Source of the DNA: an uncultured Anaerolineales bacterium
GTDB lineage: Bacteria > Chloroflexota > Anaerolineae > Epilineales > Epilineaceae
Direction of reading: 5' to 3'
Length of the DNA stretch: 64,000 nucleotides
Assembly (NCBI GenBank): GCA_964549495.1
Contig: CAZJWJ010000006.1
Location: 22,274 to 86,273 of the forward strand
Below the pieces are notes generated by a model. It had not been told where the DNA came from, made no database searches, and was given only the letters and a program-made list of their open reading frames with translations. The position numbers were made by a program, and so were the translations under genes. The number at the start of each line of letters is the position of its first letter. Positions within the stretch are counted from its first letter, which is position 1. This document shows positions 44,448-53,113 of this stretch, one piece after another.

Positions 44448-45107
44448 ATGAACGACATCGATGAGAGGGTCGCAGGAAGCCGAAGCGTCACGCCTCCGAC
44501 CGACGCCAGCGACCATCGCCACGGCCCCTACCGCCTCTCCAGCCTCTTCTTCGCCGGCGCGGCCGCGCTGGTCGTGGCCTCCATCTTCTTCCCCTACTGG
44601 CGAATGCGCCTCAACGCGCCGCAATACCCCAAGGGCCTCTTCCTGACGGTCTACATCGACCATCTGCAAGGCGACATCTCCGAGATCGACGGCCTCAACC
44701 ACTACATCGGCATGGCCCCGCTGAGCGAGGCGGCCGGCATCGAGCGCCTGCTGGCGCCGGTGGCCATGGCGGCCATCGTGCTGATGGTGCTGGCCACGGC
44801 CTTCGTGCACCGCAAGTGGTTTGCGCCGCTGACCCTGCCGGCCATGCTCCTGCCCCTGGTCTTTCTGGGCGACATGTACTATTGGCTGCGCAGCTACGGT
44901 CAGAACCTGGACCCCAGCGCCGCCCTCTCCAGCGCCATCAAGCCCTTCACCCCCACCCTGATCGGCCACGGCGAGATCGGCCAGTTCTCGACCGATGCCA
45001 GCCTCGAGCCCGGCTTCTGGCTGGCCGTCGGCGCTAGCATCCTGATCAACGTCGGCCTGCACTACCGCCGCAAGGCACGGCGCGAGCTGCTCGGGGAGGC
45101 CGGCTGA
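44448..45107 (+). CDS. nosB: NosB-like integral membrane protein of clade II nos clusters
   Basis: Position directly after nosZ. Four TM segments (LSSLFFAGAAALVVASIFF, LLAPVAMAAIVLMVLATAF, LTLPAMLLPLVFLGDMYYW, GFWLAVGASILINVGL). The assignment rests on synteny and topology only. Confidence 0.6.
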   Translation: MNDIDERVAGSRSVTPPTDASDHRHGPYRLSSLFFAGAAALVVASIFFPYWRMRLNAPQYPKGLFLTVYIDHLQGDISEIDGLNHYIGMAPLSEAAGIERLLAPVAMAAIVLMVLATAFVHRKWFAPLTLPAMLLPLVFLGDMYYWLRSYGQNLDPSAALSSAIKPFTPTLIGHGEIGQFSTDASLEPGFWLAVGASILINVGLHYRRKARRELLGEAG

Positions 45108-46639
45108 TGGACCCGCTTCGTTGGCCGAGCTGCGAAGTCGCGGCATACCTCGCGCCGCGCCTCCTGCGCTTGGCGATGCTGGCCGCTGCCTTGGTCGCCG
45201 CCCCCCAAGGCGGTCATCCGGTCGCGGCTCAGGACCTCACCGAAGACGAAATCGAGGTGGCGAGCTTCGACGGACGTCGACTCCAGGTCGGAGCGGAGCT
45301 CGACTACTCGACGCTGGCCGAGGCCCTGTCCGAGGCGCGGGACGGCGATCGCATCGAGGTCCATGGTGGCCATCACACCGGGCCCTTCGCCATCGACGTG
45401 GCCATCGCGCTGGTCGGCATCGACCGGCCGGTGCTCGACGGCGGCGGCGAGGGCGACGTGCTGCGCCTGGGCGCGGCGCCGTCCCGCGTGGCCGGCTTCG
45501 AGATCCGGGGCAGCGGCGATCGCAACGACCGCGAGGATGCCGGCATCCGGGCCGATGCCGGGCCGGTCTCCATCGAGGACAACCACCTGGTCGACGTGCT
45601 CTACGGCATCAACCTCAAGCAGGCGCCCGGCAGCTTGATCGCCCGCAACGTCGTGCGGGGCCGCGACATCCACATCGCCCGCCGCGGCGACGGGATCCGC
45701 ATCTGGGAGAGCCACGGCACGCGCATTCTCGACAACCGGGTCGAGGCCGGGCGCGACGTGGTGATCTGGTATTCCGAGGACCTCTTGATCCGCGGCAATA
45801 CCGTGCGCGACGGGCGCTACGGGCTGCATTACATGTACTCCCACGCCAGCCGCATCGAGGCCAATCGCCTCGAGCGCAACGCGGTGGGCGCCTTCCTGAT
45901 GTACTCCAAACAGCTGCTGATCGAGGGCAATGCGATGACCGGCAACCACGGCCCCTCGGGCTACGGGCTGGCGCTCAAGGACAGTGACGACATCCAGGTG
46001 ATCGGCAACGTGATGGCCGGCAACCGGGTCGGCCTCTACCTGGACGGTACGCCCTCCAGCCGCGAGGCGCAGGGCATCGTCGAGCGCAACCACCTGGCCT
46101 ACAACGACATCGGCGCCCTGCTGCTGCCGGCGGTGAAGCGCAACCGCTTCGCGGCCAACAGCTTCGTCGAGAACGGCCAGCAGGTGGCGCTGACCAGTCG
46201 CGGCTCGGCCGATGGCAACGACTGGACGCCCGACGGCCGGGGCAACTACTGGAGCGACTACGCCGGCTACGATGCCGACGGCGATGGCCTGGGCGACTTG
46301 CCCTACCAGCCCGCCAGCCTCTTCGACGACCTGTTGACGCGCCAGCCCGAGCTGCGGCTCTTCAGCATGAGCCCGGCCCAGGGCATGCTCGACCTGGCCG
46401 CCCGGGCCTTCCCGGTCTTCCGCCCGCCGGCCATCCTGACCGACGCTGCCCCGCGCACCCGCCCCCTGCCCTCGCCCGTGGCGGCTCCAGAGCGAAAGGG
46501 AGGACCGCTGGTCGCATTGGCCCTGGGCCTGGTGGCCTCGGCGGCACTCCTGATCGCGTGGGGACGAGCCCTGGACGCGACCACGCCCGGGCGCGAGCGA
46601 CCGCGCGCGCTGCCCGAGCCCACGAGGATCCGACCATGA
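45107..46639 (+). CDS. nosD: NosD periplasmic beta-helix accessory protein
   Basis: Parallel beta-helix repeats NHLVDVLYGINL, GDGIRIWESHGTRILDNRV, GRYGLHYMYSHASRIEANRLERNAVGAFLMYS, GYGLALKDSDD. The start overlaps the nosB stop (TGATG). Confidence 0.9.
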   Translation: MDPLRWPSCEVAAYLAPRLLRLAMLAAALVAAPQGGHPVAAQDLTEDEIEVASFDGRRLQVGAELDYSTLAEALSEARDGDRIEVHGGHHTGPFAIDVAIALVGIDRPVLDGGGEGDVLRLGAAPSRVAGFEIRGSGDRNDREDAGIRADAGPVSIEDNHLVDVLYGINLKQAPGSLIARNVVRGRDIHIARRGDGIRIWESHGTRILDNRVEAGRDVVIWYSEDLLIRGNTVRDGRYGLHYMYSHASRIEANRLERNAVGAFLMYSKQLLIEGNAMTGNHGPSGYGLALKDSDDIQVIGNVMAGNRVGLYLDGTPSSREAQGIVERNHLAYNDIGALLLPAVKRNRFAANSFVENGQQVALTSRGSADGNDWTPDGRGNYWSDYAGYDADGDGLGDLPYQPASLFDDLLTRQPELRLFSMSPAQGMLDLAARAFPVFRPPAILTDAAPRTRPLPSPVAAPERKGGPLVALALGLVASAALLIAWGRALDATTPGRERPRALPEPTRIRP

Positions 46640-47523
46640 CCGAGACCATGATCCACGCGGAGGCGCTGCGCGTCCGCTTCGGGCACGCGACCGTGCTGGA
46701 TTCGCTGAGCTTCGAGCTGCCGGCCGGCGGCAGCCTGGCCCTGTGGGGCGAGAACGGTGCCGGCAAGACCACCGCCATCCGGGCGCTGCTGGGCCTCCTG
46801 CCTTTCGAGGGCCGCGTGACCATCGCCGGCCATCCGCTGCCAGAGCGGGGCCGTCAGGCGCGCGCCCAGGTGGGCTACGTGCCCCAACAGCTGGCCTTCT
46901 ACGAGGACATGCCGGCCCTGGCCTTGCTGCGCTACTTCGCCGGACTGCGCGGCACGCCGCGTGACCAGGCGCCGGCCTTGCTGGAGCGCGTCGGCCTGGG
47001 CGACCAGGCCAAGAAGGCCGCCGGCGCCCTCTCTGGCGGCATGCGCCAACGCCTAGCCCTGGCGGTGGCCCTGCTGGGCCAGCCGCCCATCCTGATCCTC
47101 GATGAGCCGACGGCCAGCCTGGATCGCGAGGCGCGGGCGGACTTCGGGCAGCTGCTGGCCGAGCAGCGCGCGGCCGGCCGGGCGCTGCTCTTCACCTCGC
47201 ACCGCATCGAGGAGGTGGTCGCCTTGGCCGACCAGGTGATCGTGCTAACCGGTGGCCGCGAGCGCTTGCGCTGCGAGGCCGGCCAGCTCGAGCGTGCGCT
47301 GCGACCCGAGACGATCCTGCGCATCGCTCTGTCCGAGGCGGGGATCGAGACCGCGCTGTCGGTGCTGACCAGCCAGGGTTTCGAGGCCCGCCGCAACGGT
47401 CACGGCGTCAAGGTCCGCGTGGCCACCGGCGAGCGGGCCGCGCCCCTGTCGGCCCTGGCCCGCGCCGGCATTCCGCCCATCGACTTCCAACTGGAGGAGG
47501 CGCGCACATGGCCCCCCGAGTGA
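46636..47523 (+). CDS. nosF: NosF ABC-transporter ATPase
   Basis: Walker A GENGAGKTT, signature LSGGMRQRL, Walker B ILILDEPTASLD. ATGA overlap with nosD. Confidence 0.85.
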   Translation: MTETMIHAEALRVRFGHATVLDSLSFELPAGGSLALWGENGAGKTTAIRALLGLLPFEGRVTIAGHPLPERGRQARAQVGYVPQQLAFYEDMPALALLRYFAGLRGTPRDQAPALLERVGLGDQAKKAAGALSGGMRQRLALAVALLGQPPILILDEPTASLDREARADFGQLLAEQRAAGRALLFTSHRIEEVVALADQVIVLTGGRERLRCEAGQLERALRPETILRIALSEAGIETALSVLTSQGFEARRNGHGVKVRVATGERAAPLSALARAGIPPIDFQLEEARTWPPE

Positions 47524-48338
47524 TCCTGCTGGTGGCCCGCAAGGAGGTGCGCGACGCCCTGCGCAACCGCTGGTTCCTGCTGTATGCCATCGGCTTCGCC
47601 GTCCTGGCCCTGGCCCTCTCGCGCCTGAGCCTGAGCGCGGGCAGCGCGGCCGGCTTCAGCGGCTTCGGTCGCACCGCCGCCAGCCTGGTCAACCTGGTGC
47701 TCCTGGTCGTGCCTCTGATGGGCCTGACCCTGGGCGCCGGCAGCCTGGCCGGCGAGCGCGAGCGCGGCACCCTGGCCGCCCTGCTCTCTCAGCCCGTCTC
47801 GCGCCGCGAGGTCTTGCTCGGCAAGTTCCTCGGCCTGGCCCTGGCGCTCTGCGCCGCCCTGGCCCTGGGCTTCGGCCTGGCCGGATTGGCGGTGGGCGCC
47901 GGCGGCGGGGCCGTCGGCGCCGAGGCCTACGCCGGCCTCCTGGGCTTCACGTTGCTCTTGGCCCTTGCGATGTTGGCCCTGGGCCTGCTCATCTCCTCCC
48001 TGTCCCGACAGGTCGGCACGGCCACCGGCGTGGCGCTCTTCGCCTGGCTGGCGCTGGTCTTCCTGGGCGATTTGGGCCTCATGGGCAGCGCCATGACCAT
48101 GCGCATGGACGTGGGCACGCTTCTGGCGCTGGGCCTGGTCAACCCGCTATCCAGCTTCAAGATCGCCGCCGTCGGCGCCATCACCGGCAGCCTGGACGTG
48201 CTGGGGCCGGCCGGTGTCTACGCCACCCGCCACTACGGCGCGGCCTTGCCGGCCATCCTGGCCGGCCTGCTCGTCGCCTGGTGTCTGGCGCCCTTGGCAG
48301 CCGCCGGCTGGATCTTCGAGGAGAGGGGGATCCGATGA
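47508..48338 (+). CDS. nosY: NosY ABC-2-type permease
   Basis: Six-TM ABC-2 permease (VARKEVRDALRNRWFLLYAIGFAVLALAL ...). It overlaps nosF by 16 nt and nosL by 4 nt. Confidence 0.8.
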   Translation: MAPRVILLVARKEVRDALRNRWFLLYAIGFAVLALALSRLSLSAGSAAGFSGFGRTAASLVNLVLLVVPLMGLTLGAGSLAGERERGTLAALLSQPVSRREVLLGKFLGLALALCAALALGFGLAGLAVGAGGGAVGAEAYAGLLGFTLLLALAMLALGLLISSLSRQVGTATGVALFAWLALVFLGDLGLMGSAMTMRMDVGTLLALGLVNPLSSFKIAAVGAITGSLDVLGPAGVYATRHYGAALPAILAGLLVAWCLAPLAAAGWIFEERGIR

Positions 48339-48889
48339 TGAACCGCCCGACCTTTGGTCGCCTCGAATTCGGTCGGCGACCGGCGAGCGTCACCGCTCTC
48401 GCCATCCTGTTTGGGCTGCTGTTCGTGCTGACCGGGACCCTCACGGGCTGCGGACCGGACACCGATCCGCTGGCCCCGCCGGAGATCCGCTACGGTGAGG
48501 ACGTCTGCGACGCCTGCCAGATGATCATCTCCGACCCCCGCTTCGCTGCGGCGACCGTCGTCGAGGTAGATGGGGCGAGCCAGGCGCGGCGCTTCGACGA
48601 CATCGGCGATCTGCTGGAGTACCACCGGGAGGATCCGGATCTGGTGGTCTTGGCCTGGTACGTCCACGACTACGACAGCGAAGCCTGGCTGGACGCCCGT
48701 CGGGCGCACTACGTCCGCGCCGAGGGCATCCGCAGCCCGATGGGCTTTGGCTTGGCGGCCTTCGCCGAGCCCGAGCGAGCCGAGGCATTCGCTGCCGAGA
48801 TGGCGGGCGAGGTCCTCGACTTCGAGACCCTGCTCGGCCGGCCGCCAGGCGGGTCGACGGCAAGCGAGTCACCGGGCAGCTTTCCCTGA
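48335..48889 (+). CDS. nosL: NosL copper-chaperone lipoprotein
   Basis: Lipobox LTGC. EDVCDACQMIISDPRFAA ... GIRSPMGFGLAAF is typical of NosL. ATGA overlap with nosY. Confidence 0.85.
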   Translation: MMNRPTFGRLEFGRRPASVTALAILFGLLFVLTGTLTGCGPDTDPLAPPEIRYGEDVCDACQMIISDPRFAAATVVEVDGASQARRFDDIGDLLEYHREDPDLVVLAWYVHDYDSEAWLDARRAHYVRAEGIRSPMGFGLAAFAEPERAEAFAAEMAGEVLDFETLLGRPPGGSTASESPGSFP

Positions 48890-48953
48890 TTCCATATCCC
48901 AGCTCCGATCTTCAACCCCAATCCGAAACCGATTCCCGCGAGGAGAGACGACG

Positions 48954-49412
48954 ATGCGAACGATGAACTGGATCCGCCGGATGACGCTCGCCCTGGCGCT
49001 GCTGACCATGGCCACCGGTGCCATGGCCTGCAACGGCTCCGAGCCCGCCGATCCCGCCCCGCCCGATTCCGCCGATTCGGCCGAAGGCTCGAGCGACGAC
49101 GCGGCCGATGCCGAGCTGCCACCGGGCCTGGTCGCCGGTGACCCGGCCAATGGGGAAGAGCGCTTCACGCCCTGCGCCGGCTGTCACGGTGCCGATGCCA
49201 CCGGCATCGAGGGACTGGGCAAGAACCTGCGCACCAGCGAGTTCCTGGACGGTCTGAGCGACGCCGAGGCCGTGGCCTTCTTGAAGGAGGGCCGGCCGGC
49301 CGGCCATCCGCTCAACACCACCGGAGTGGACATGCCGCCCAAGGGCGGCGACCCGACGCTGAGCGAACAAGACCTGCTGGACATCGTGGTCTATTTGCGA
49401 GACCTCGAGTGA
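48954..49412 (+). CDS. Membrane-tethered monohaem c-type cytochrome
   Basis: Signal MRTMNWIRRMTLALALLTMATGAMAC, an acidic linker, one CAGCH motif and a distal Met region (GVDMPPKGG). GAGGAGAG SD. The track start at 48570 is rejected. Confidence 0.8.
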   Translation: MRTMNWIRRMTLALALLTMATGAMACNGSEPADPAPPDSADSAEGSSDDAADAELPPGLVAGDPANGEERFTPCAGCHGADATGIEGLGKNLRTSEFLDGLSDAEAVAFLKEGRPAGHPLNTTGVDMPPKGGDPTLSEQDLLDIVVYLRDLE

Positions 49413-49560
49413 TTCTGGCATGCTGCGGCCCGACCGGGAGCCTCGAAGACCTGCTCGATTCCTCGGACTGCAAGGCGAGGAACGGCATGGGTTCCCCGGA
49501 CCGCTCGAGCGCCCGCCACGGGTGCACACGTCGAGGAGCAAGGAGAGGAGAGTGGATACC

Positions 49561-49740
49561 ATGACCGAAGAAATGCGCGACGCGACGGTCCACGAGGAAG
49601 GGGAGGCACATCCCTGGCAGCAGGTGCTGCTGGACGATGTCTTCCTGTTGATGATGGCCGGCCTGGTGGTGCCGACCCTGTTCTACATCGTCTGGGGCCT
49701 GATGGAACTGGCCCAGGTGCCGGTCTTCAGCGCGCCATGA
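49561..49740 (+). CDS. Single-TM small subunit (ba3 subunit IIa-like position) of the HCO operon
   Basis: 59 aa with one TM (VFLLMMAGLVVPTLFYIVWGLM). AGGAGAGGAG SD. Its stop overlaps the subunit II start (ATGA). Confidence 0.55.
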   Translation: MTEEMRDATVHEEGEAHPWQQVLLDDVFLLMMAGLVVPTLFYIVWGLMELAQVPVFSAP

Positions 49741-50312
49741 ATCAGACCCACACCGGGGACGCGGGTGCGACCATCGCCCGCAACAGCACCCTGATCGCGC
49801 CGGAGGGCCGTTGGTGGGCGCCGCTGGGACGGGACGAGCGCCTGTGGGTGCTGGTCACCCTGATCTGGGCGCTGGCCATGTTCGCCATGATGCAGCTGAT
49901 CTGGCCGCGCATCGGCGATCAGCAGACCGTCATCGAGACCTTCCGCGTCGAGCCGACGGCCTTCCAGGGGCTCGTCACCGAGTTCACCGAAACCCATCAG
50001 GTCGAGGAGCGCGCCGGAATGCCGGTGGTCGCGCCGCCGCCCGGTCCGGTCTACCTGCTGGCCATGCGCTACCAGTTCCGGCCCATCCTGCGCCTGCAGC
50101 AGGGTGAGACCTACGAATTGCACATGAGCTCGCTGGACGTGCAGCACGGCCTGTCGCTGCAGCCGGACAACGTCAACTTCCAGGTGCTGCCGGGTTACGT
50201 GACCGTCCTGAAGATCACGCCCAAGGAGGTGGGGGACTACGTGGTGGTCTGCAACGAGTACTGCGGTACCGGTCATCACCTAATGTTGGGTGGAATCGAG
50301 GTGGTCCAATGA
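49737..50312 (+). CDS. Haem-copper oxidoreductase subunit II (one TM + CuA cupredoxin)
   Basis: Single TM LWVLVTLIWALAMFAMMQLIW. CuA ligands HGLSLQP ... CNEYCGTGHHLM (CxExCGxxHxxM). Confidence 0.85.
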   Translation: MNQTHTGDAGATIARNSTLIAPEGRWWAPLGRDERLWVLVTLIWALAMFAMMQLIWPRIGDQQTVIETFRVEPTAFQGLVTEFTETHQVEERAGMPVVAPPPGPVYLLAMRYQFRPILRLQQGETYELHMSSLDVQHGLSLQPDNVNFQVLPGYVTVLKITPKEVGDYVVVCNEYCGTGHHLMLGGIEVVQ

Positions 50313-52018
50313 GCGCCACCCGCGAGACGACCATCGGGCGTATCTGCCAGGTGACCGGCCTGACGGTCGATCCCAAGGCCGAGCGCCTGCTCTTGTTCAA
50401 CGCCGTCACGGCCGTGCTCTGGCTGGCCACCGGCGGCACTTTGGCGCTGCTCACGCTCCTGACGCGCTGGCAGGATGTCGGGCTGATCACCGACTCGGAA
50501 TGGTTCTACCGGATCATCGGCGCCCACGGCGCGGCCATGCTGCTCTTCTGGATCCTCTTCTTCGAGGTGGCCGGCCTGATCTTCGGCGGCAGCATCCTGC
50601 TCAGCCGGCGCATGCGCGCGCCGCGCATGGGCTGGCTGGCCTACTGGATGATGCTCGTCGGCTCCCTGGCCACCTTCGTGATCATGCTCTCCGGCGATGC
50701 CACGGTGATGTTCACCGCCTACCCGCCGCTGGAGGCCACCAGCTGGTTCTACTTCTGGATCCTGATCTTCGCCGTCGGCGCCCTGGTGGCGGTGCTGCAC
50801 TTCTTGGTCAACGTCGTGGCCGCGCGGCTCGACGGGATGCGCACCCTGCCTCTCTTCACCTTCGCGCTGGTGGTGGCGGCCATCCTGGCCCTCTTCACGC
50901 TCGTCTCCGGCACCTTGGCCATCGTGCCGGCCTGGCTCTGGAGCCTGGGCCTGATCGACCACGTCGACCCCGGCAGCTACCGGCTGCTCTTCTGGGGCTT
51001 CGGCCACGGGGCGCAGCAGGTCAACCTGGCGGCCATGGTCGGCATCTGGTACGCCCTGGCCACGCTGACCACCGGCGCCAGGCCGATCAACGAAGGGCTC
51101 AGCCGGGGGGCCTTCGTCCTCTACGTGCTCTTCATCCAGATGGGCTCGATCCACCACATCCTGGTCGATCCCGGACTGGGCGAGTGGGCGCGCGGCATCA
51201 ACACCAGCTACTTCCTCTACGCGGCGGTGCTTGGCAGCATGATCCACGCCTTCACCATCCCGGCCAGCGTCGAGGTGGCCCAGCGCGGCGCCTCGCGTGG
51301 CAAGGGGCTGCTCGGCTGGCTGCGCGCCGCGCCCTGGTCCTCGCCGGGCTTCGCCGCCTTGGCGGTGAGCTTTGCGATGTTCGGCATCCTGGGCGGCATC
51401 AGCGGCGTGATCATGGGCGGGGTGCAGGTGAACATGATCGCCCACAACACGCTGATCGTGCCGGCCCACTTCCACATGACGGTGGTGGCCGGCACGACCC
51501 TGGCCTTCATGGGCATCAGCTACATCCTGGTTCCCTTGATCGTGCGCCGCGACCTCTTCCTGCCTTCCTGGGCCCGATGGCAGCCCTACATCTTCGGGCT
51601 GGGCATGCTGATCTTCGGCATCGGCATGGGCCTGGCCGGCCATGCCGGCTTGCCGCGCCGCCACTTCGACATCACCTTCAACGGCTTGCCCTTGGCCCAA
51701 GGGATCTTCGAGACGCCCTTCGTCGATCGGACCTTGGCCATGATGGGCATCGGCGGTCTGATCGCCATCACCGCCGGCGCCATGTTCGTGGTGGTGGCGG
51801 CCGGCACCGTCTTCTTGGGCAAGCGCAACGACTGCCCGGAGGTCGGCGATTTGGATGCACGTGCCCTGACGCCGGAGAGCCGCGAGCCGGTGCACGCCGG
51901 CCGCTTCGAAGCGCCGGGCACCTTCGTCCTGGCCACGGTCTGGCTGGCGCTCTTCGTGCTGCTCTATGCCTACTCCTGGCGCGAGCTGGGCCAGGTCGCC
52001 TGGATCATCGGGCGCTGA
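50309..52018 (+). CDS. Haem-copper oxidoreductase subunit I, atypical active site (candidate NO reductase of the B-family-related type)
   Basis: HCO His ligands are present: GAHGAAML, FWGFGHGAQQVN, SIHHILVD, VPAHFHMTVV. The residue 4 positions after the first CuB/FeB His is Gln (HGAQQ) rather than the Tyr of GHPxVY. ATGA overlap with subunit II. Confidence 0.9.
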   Translation: MSATRETTIGRICQVTGLTVDPKAERLLLFNAVTAVLWLATGGTLALLTLLTRWQDVGLITDSEWFYRIIGAHGAAMLLFWILFFEVAGLIFGGSILLSRRMRAPRMGWLAYWMMLVGSLATFVIMLSGDATVMFTAYPPLEATSWFYFWILIFAVGALVAVLHFLVNVVAARLDGMRTLPLFTFALVVAAILALFTLVSGTLAIVPAWLWSLGLIDHVDPGSYRLLFWGFGHGAQQVNLAAMVGIWYALATLTTGARPINEGLSRGAFVLYVLFIQMGSIHHILVDPGLGEWARGINTSYFLYAAVLGSMIHAFTIPASVEVAQRGASRGKGLLGWLRAAPWSSPGFAALAVSFAMFGILGGISGVIMGGVQVNMIAHNTLIVPAHFHMTVVAGTTLAFMGISYILVPLIVRRDLFLPSWARWQPYIFGLGMLIFGIGMGLAGHAGLPRRHFDITFNGLPLAQGIFETPFVDRTLAMMGIGGLIAITAGAMFVVVAAGTVFLGKRNDCPEVGDLDARALTPESREPVHAGRFEAPGTFVLATVWLALFVLLYAYSWRELGQVAWIIGR

Positions 52019-52076
52019 GGTCCCGATCGCGATGGACGGCTCGGCCCGGTCGACGCGAATGCAGCCGAGTTCGCCT

Positions 52077-52988
52077 TCACCGAGATGTCGAATCCTCATC
52101 GGAGGCCGGCGCGCCGTCGAGCGCGCCGGCCTCTCGCGCCAGCAGCCGCAGCAGCAGGACCAGGTAGATCAGGCCGCCGGCGAACATGATCCAGCCGCCG
52201 AGCCGCTGGTCGGCCAGGGCGCTCATGCCCCACAGCCCGGTGGAGCGCGCGGCGTACCAGGGGTAGAGCGGCCGGGCGGAGAAGATCAGGGCCAAGGCCA
52301 CCAGCATGCCGGCCATGCTGCTGGCGAAGCAGAGGCCGTAGACGGCGTGGCTGCTGCCCGATCGTCGATCTCGATCGCCCGGAGACTCGCCGAGCCCTCG
52401 AAGCACCAACCACCAGAAGGCCATCGCGCTGCCCAGCATCAAGAGGTGCTCGGCCCCGTGAATCGGCCGGCTGCGCAGGGCGGCGTCGTAGGCCGGCGGC
52501 AGATGCCAGACCAGCAGGTTGAGGTTGAAGACCAGGCCGACCAGCCAGGGCCGGCGGGCCGGGGCCAGCAGGCGGCCGATCCAGCGTTCCAGCTCCGGTC
52601 GCGGGCCGGCCAGGAGGCCGGGCAATGCCTGCCGGGCGACCGCCAAGGGGCGCGCATAGAAGAGCAGCGGCGGCGCGATCTGCAGCAGGACCAAGTGCTG
52701 CACCATGTGCGCCGCCAGGGCGTCGTCGCTGTAGACCTCGATCGGCCCGCCGAAGGCGACGGCCAGCGAGGTCAGGCCGGCCAGGAAGGCCAGGAGATGG
52801 CGGATCCCGAAGGCCCGCTCGGCGGATGCCCGGCGCCAGGCCCAGAAGTAGGCCAGGCCGGACAGCGCCACGAGCAGTGCGAGCCCGGGTGCCAAGGCCA
52901 GGATCGGCCAGTCGCCGGTACCGCTGGTATGCGCCGGCCCGGCGCGGGGCCCGAAAGCCAGCGGCCCGGCGGGATTCCATCGGCTCAT
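52077..52988 (-). CDS. ctaG: CtaG-type (Bacillus caa3_CtaG family) cytochrome oxidase assembly factor
   Basis: Polytopic membrane protein with AAHMVQHLVLLQIAPPLL, VWHLPPAYDAAL, HGAEHLLMLGSAMAFWW, ADQRLGGWIMFAGG. The start MSRWNP at 52988 is in frame with the track ORF, whose first 54 aa are rejected. Confidence 0.8.
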   Translation of the reverse strand: MSRWNPAGPLAFGPRAGPAHTSGTGDWPILALAPGLALLVALSGLAYFWAWRRASAERAFGIRHLLAFLAGLTSLAVAFGGPIEVYSDDALAAHMVQHLVLLQIAPPLLFYARPLAVARQALPGLLAGPRPELERWIGRLLAPARRPWLVGLVFNLNLLVWHLPPAYDAALRSRPIHGAEHLLMLGSAMAFWWLVLRGLGESPGDRDRRSGSSHAVYGLCFASSMAGMLVALALIFSARPLYPWYAARSTGLWGMSALADQRLGGWIMFAGGLIYLVLLLRLLAREAGALDGAPASDEDSTSR

Positions 52989-53113
52989 GCGTTCAGAACT
53001 CCCTGCACGGTTCGGATATGCGAGCAGGCGCCGAGGCGCTTGTCGCCGGACCGTGTCGAGGTGTCGACATCGAGGCTTCGGCCAAGGCACGGAGGTGCTT
53101 CGTGAAGGATAAC

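Noticed and set aside
45635-45648. TTGAT-CGCC-CGCAA hybrid Fnr/NnrR-like half-site pair
   Set aside because: It lies well inside the nosD coding sequence and is imperfect. It most likely occurs by chance.
52625-53113. N-terminal 163 aa of the 796-aa track ORF
   Set aside because: This part is antisense to ctaG and Arg/Pro-rich. The lipoprotein signal peptide with lipobox begins at ATG 53114.
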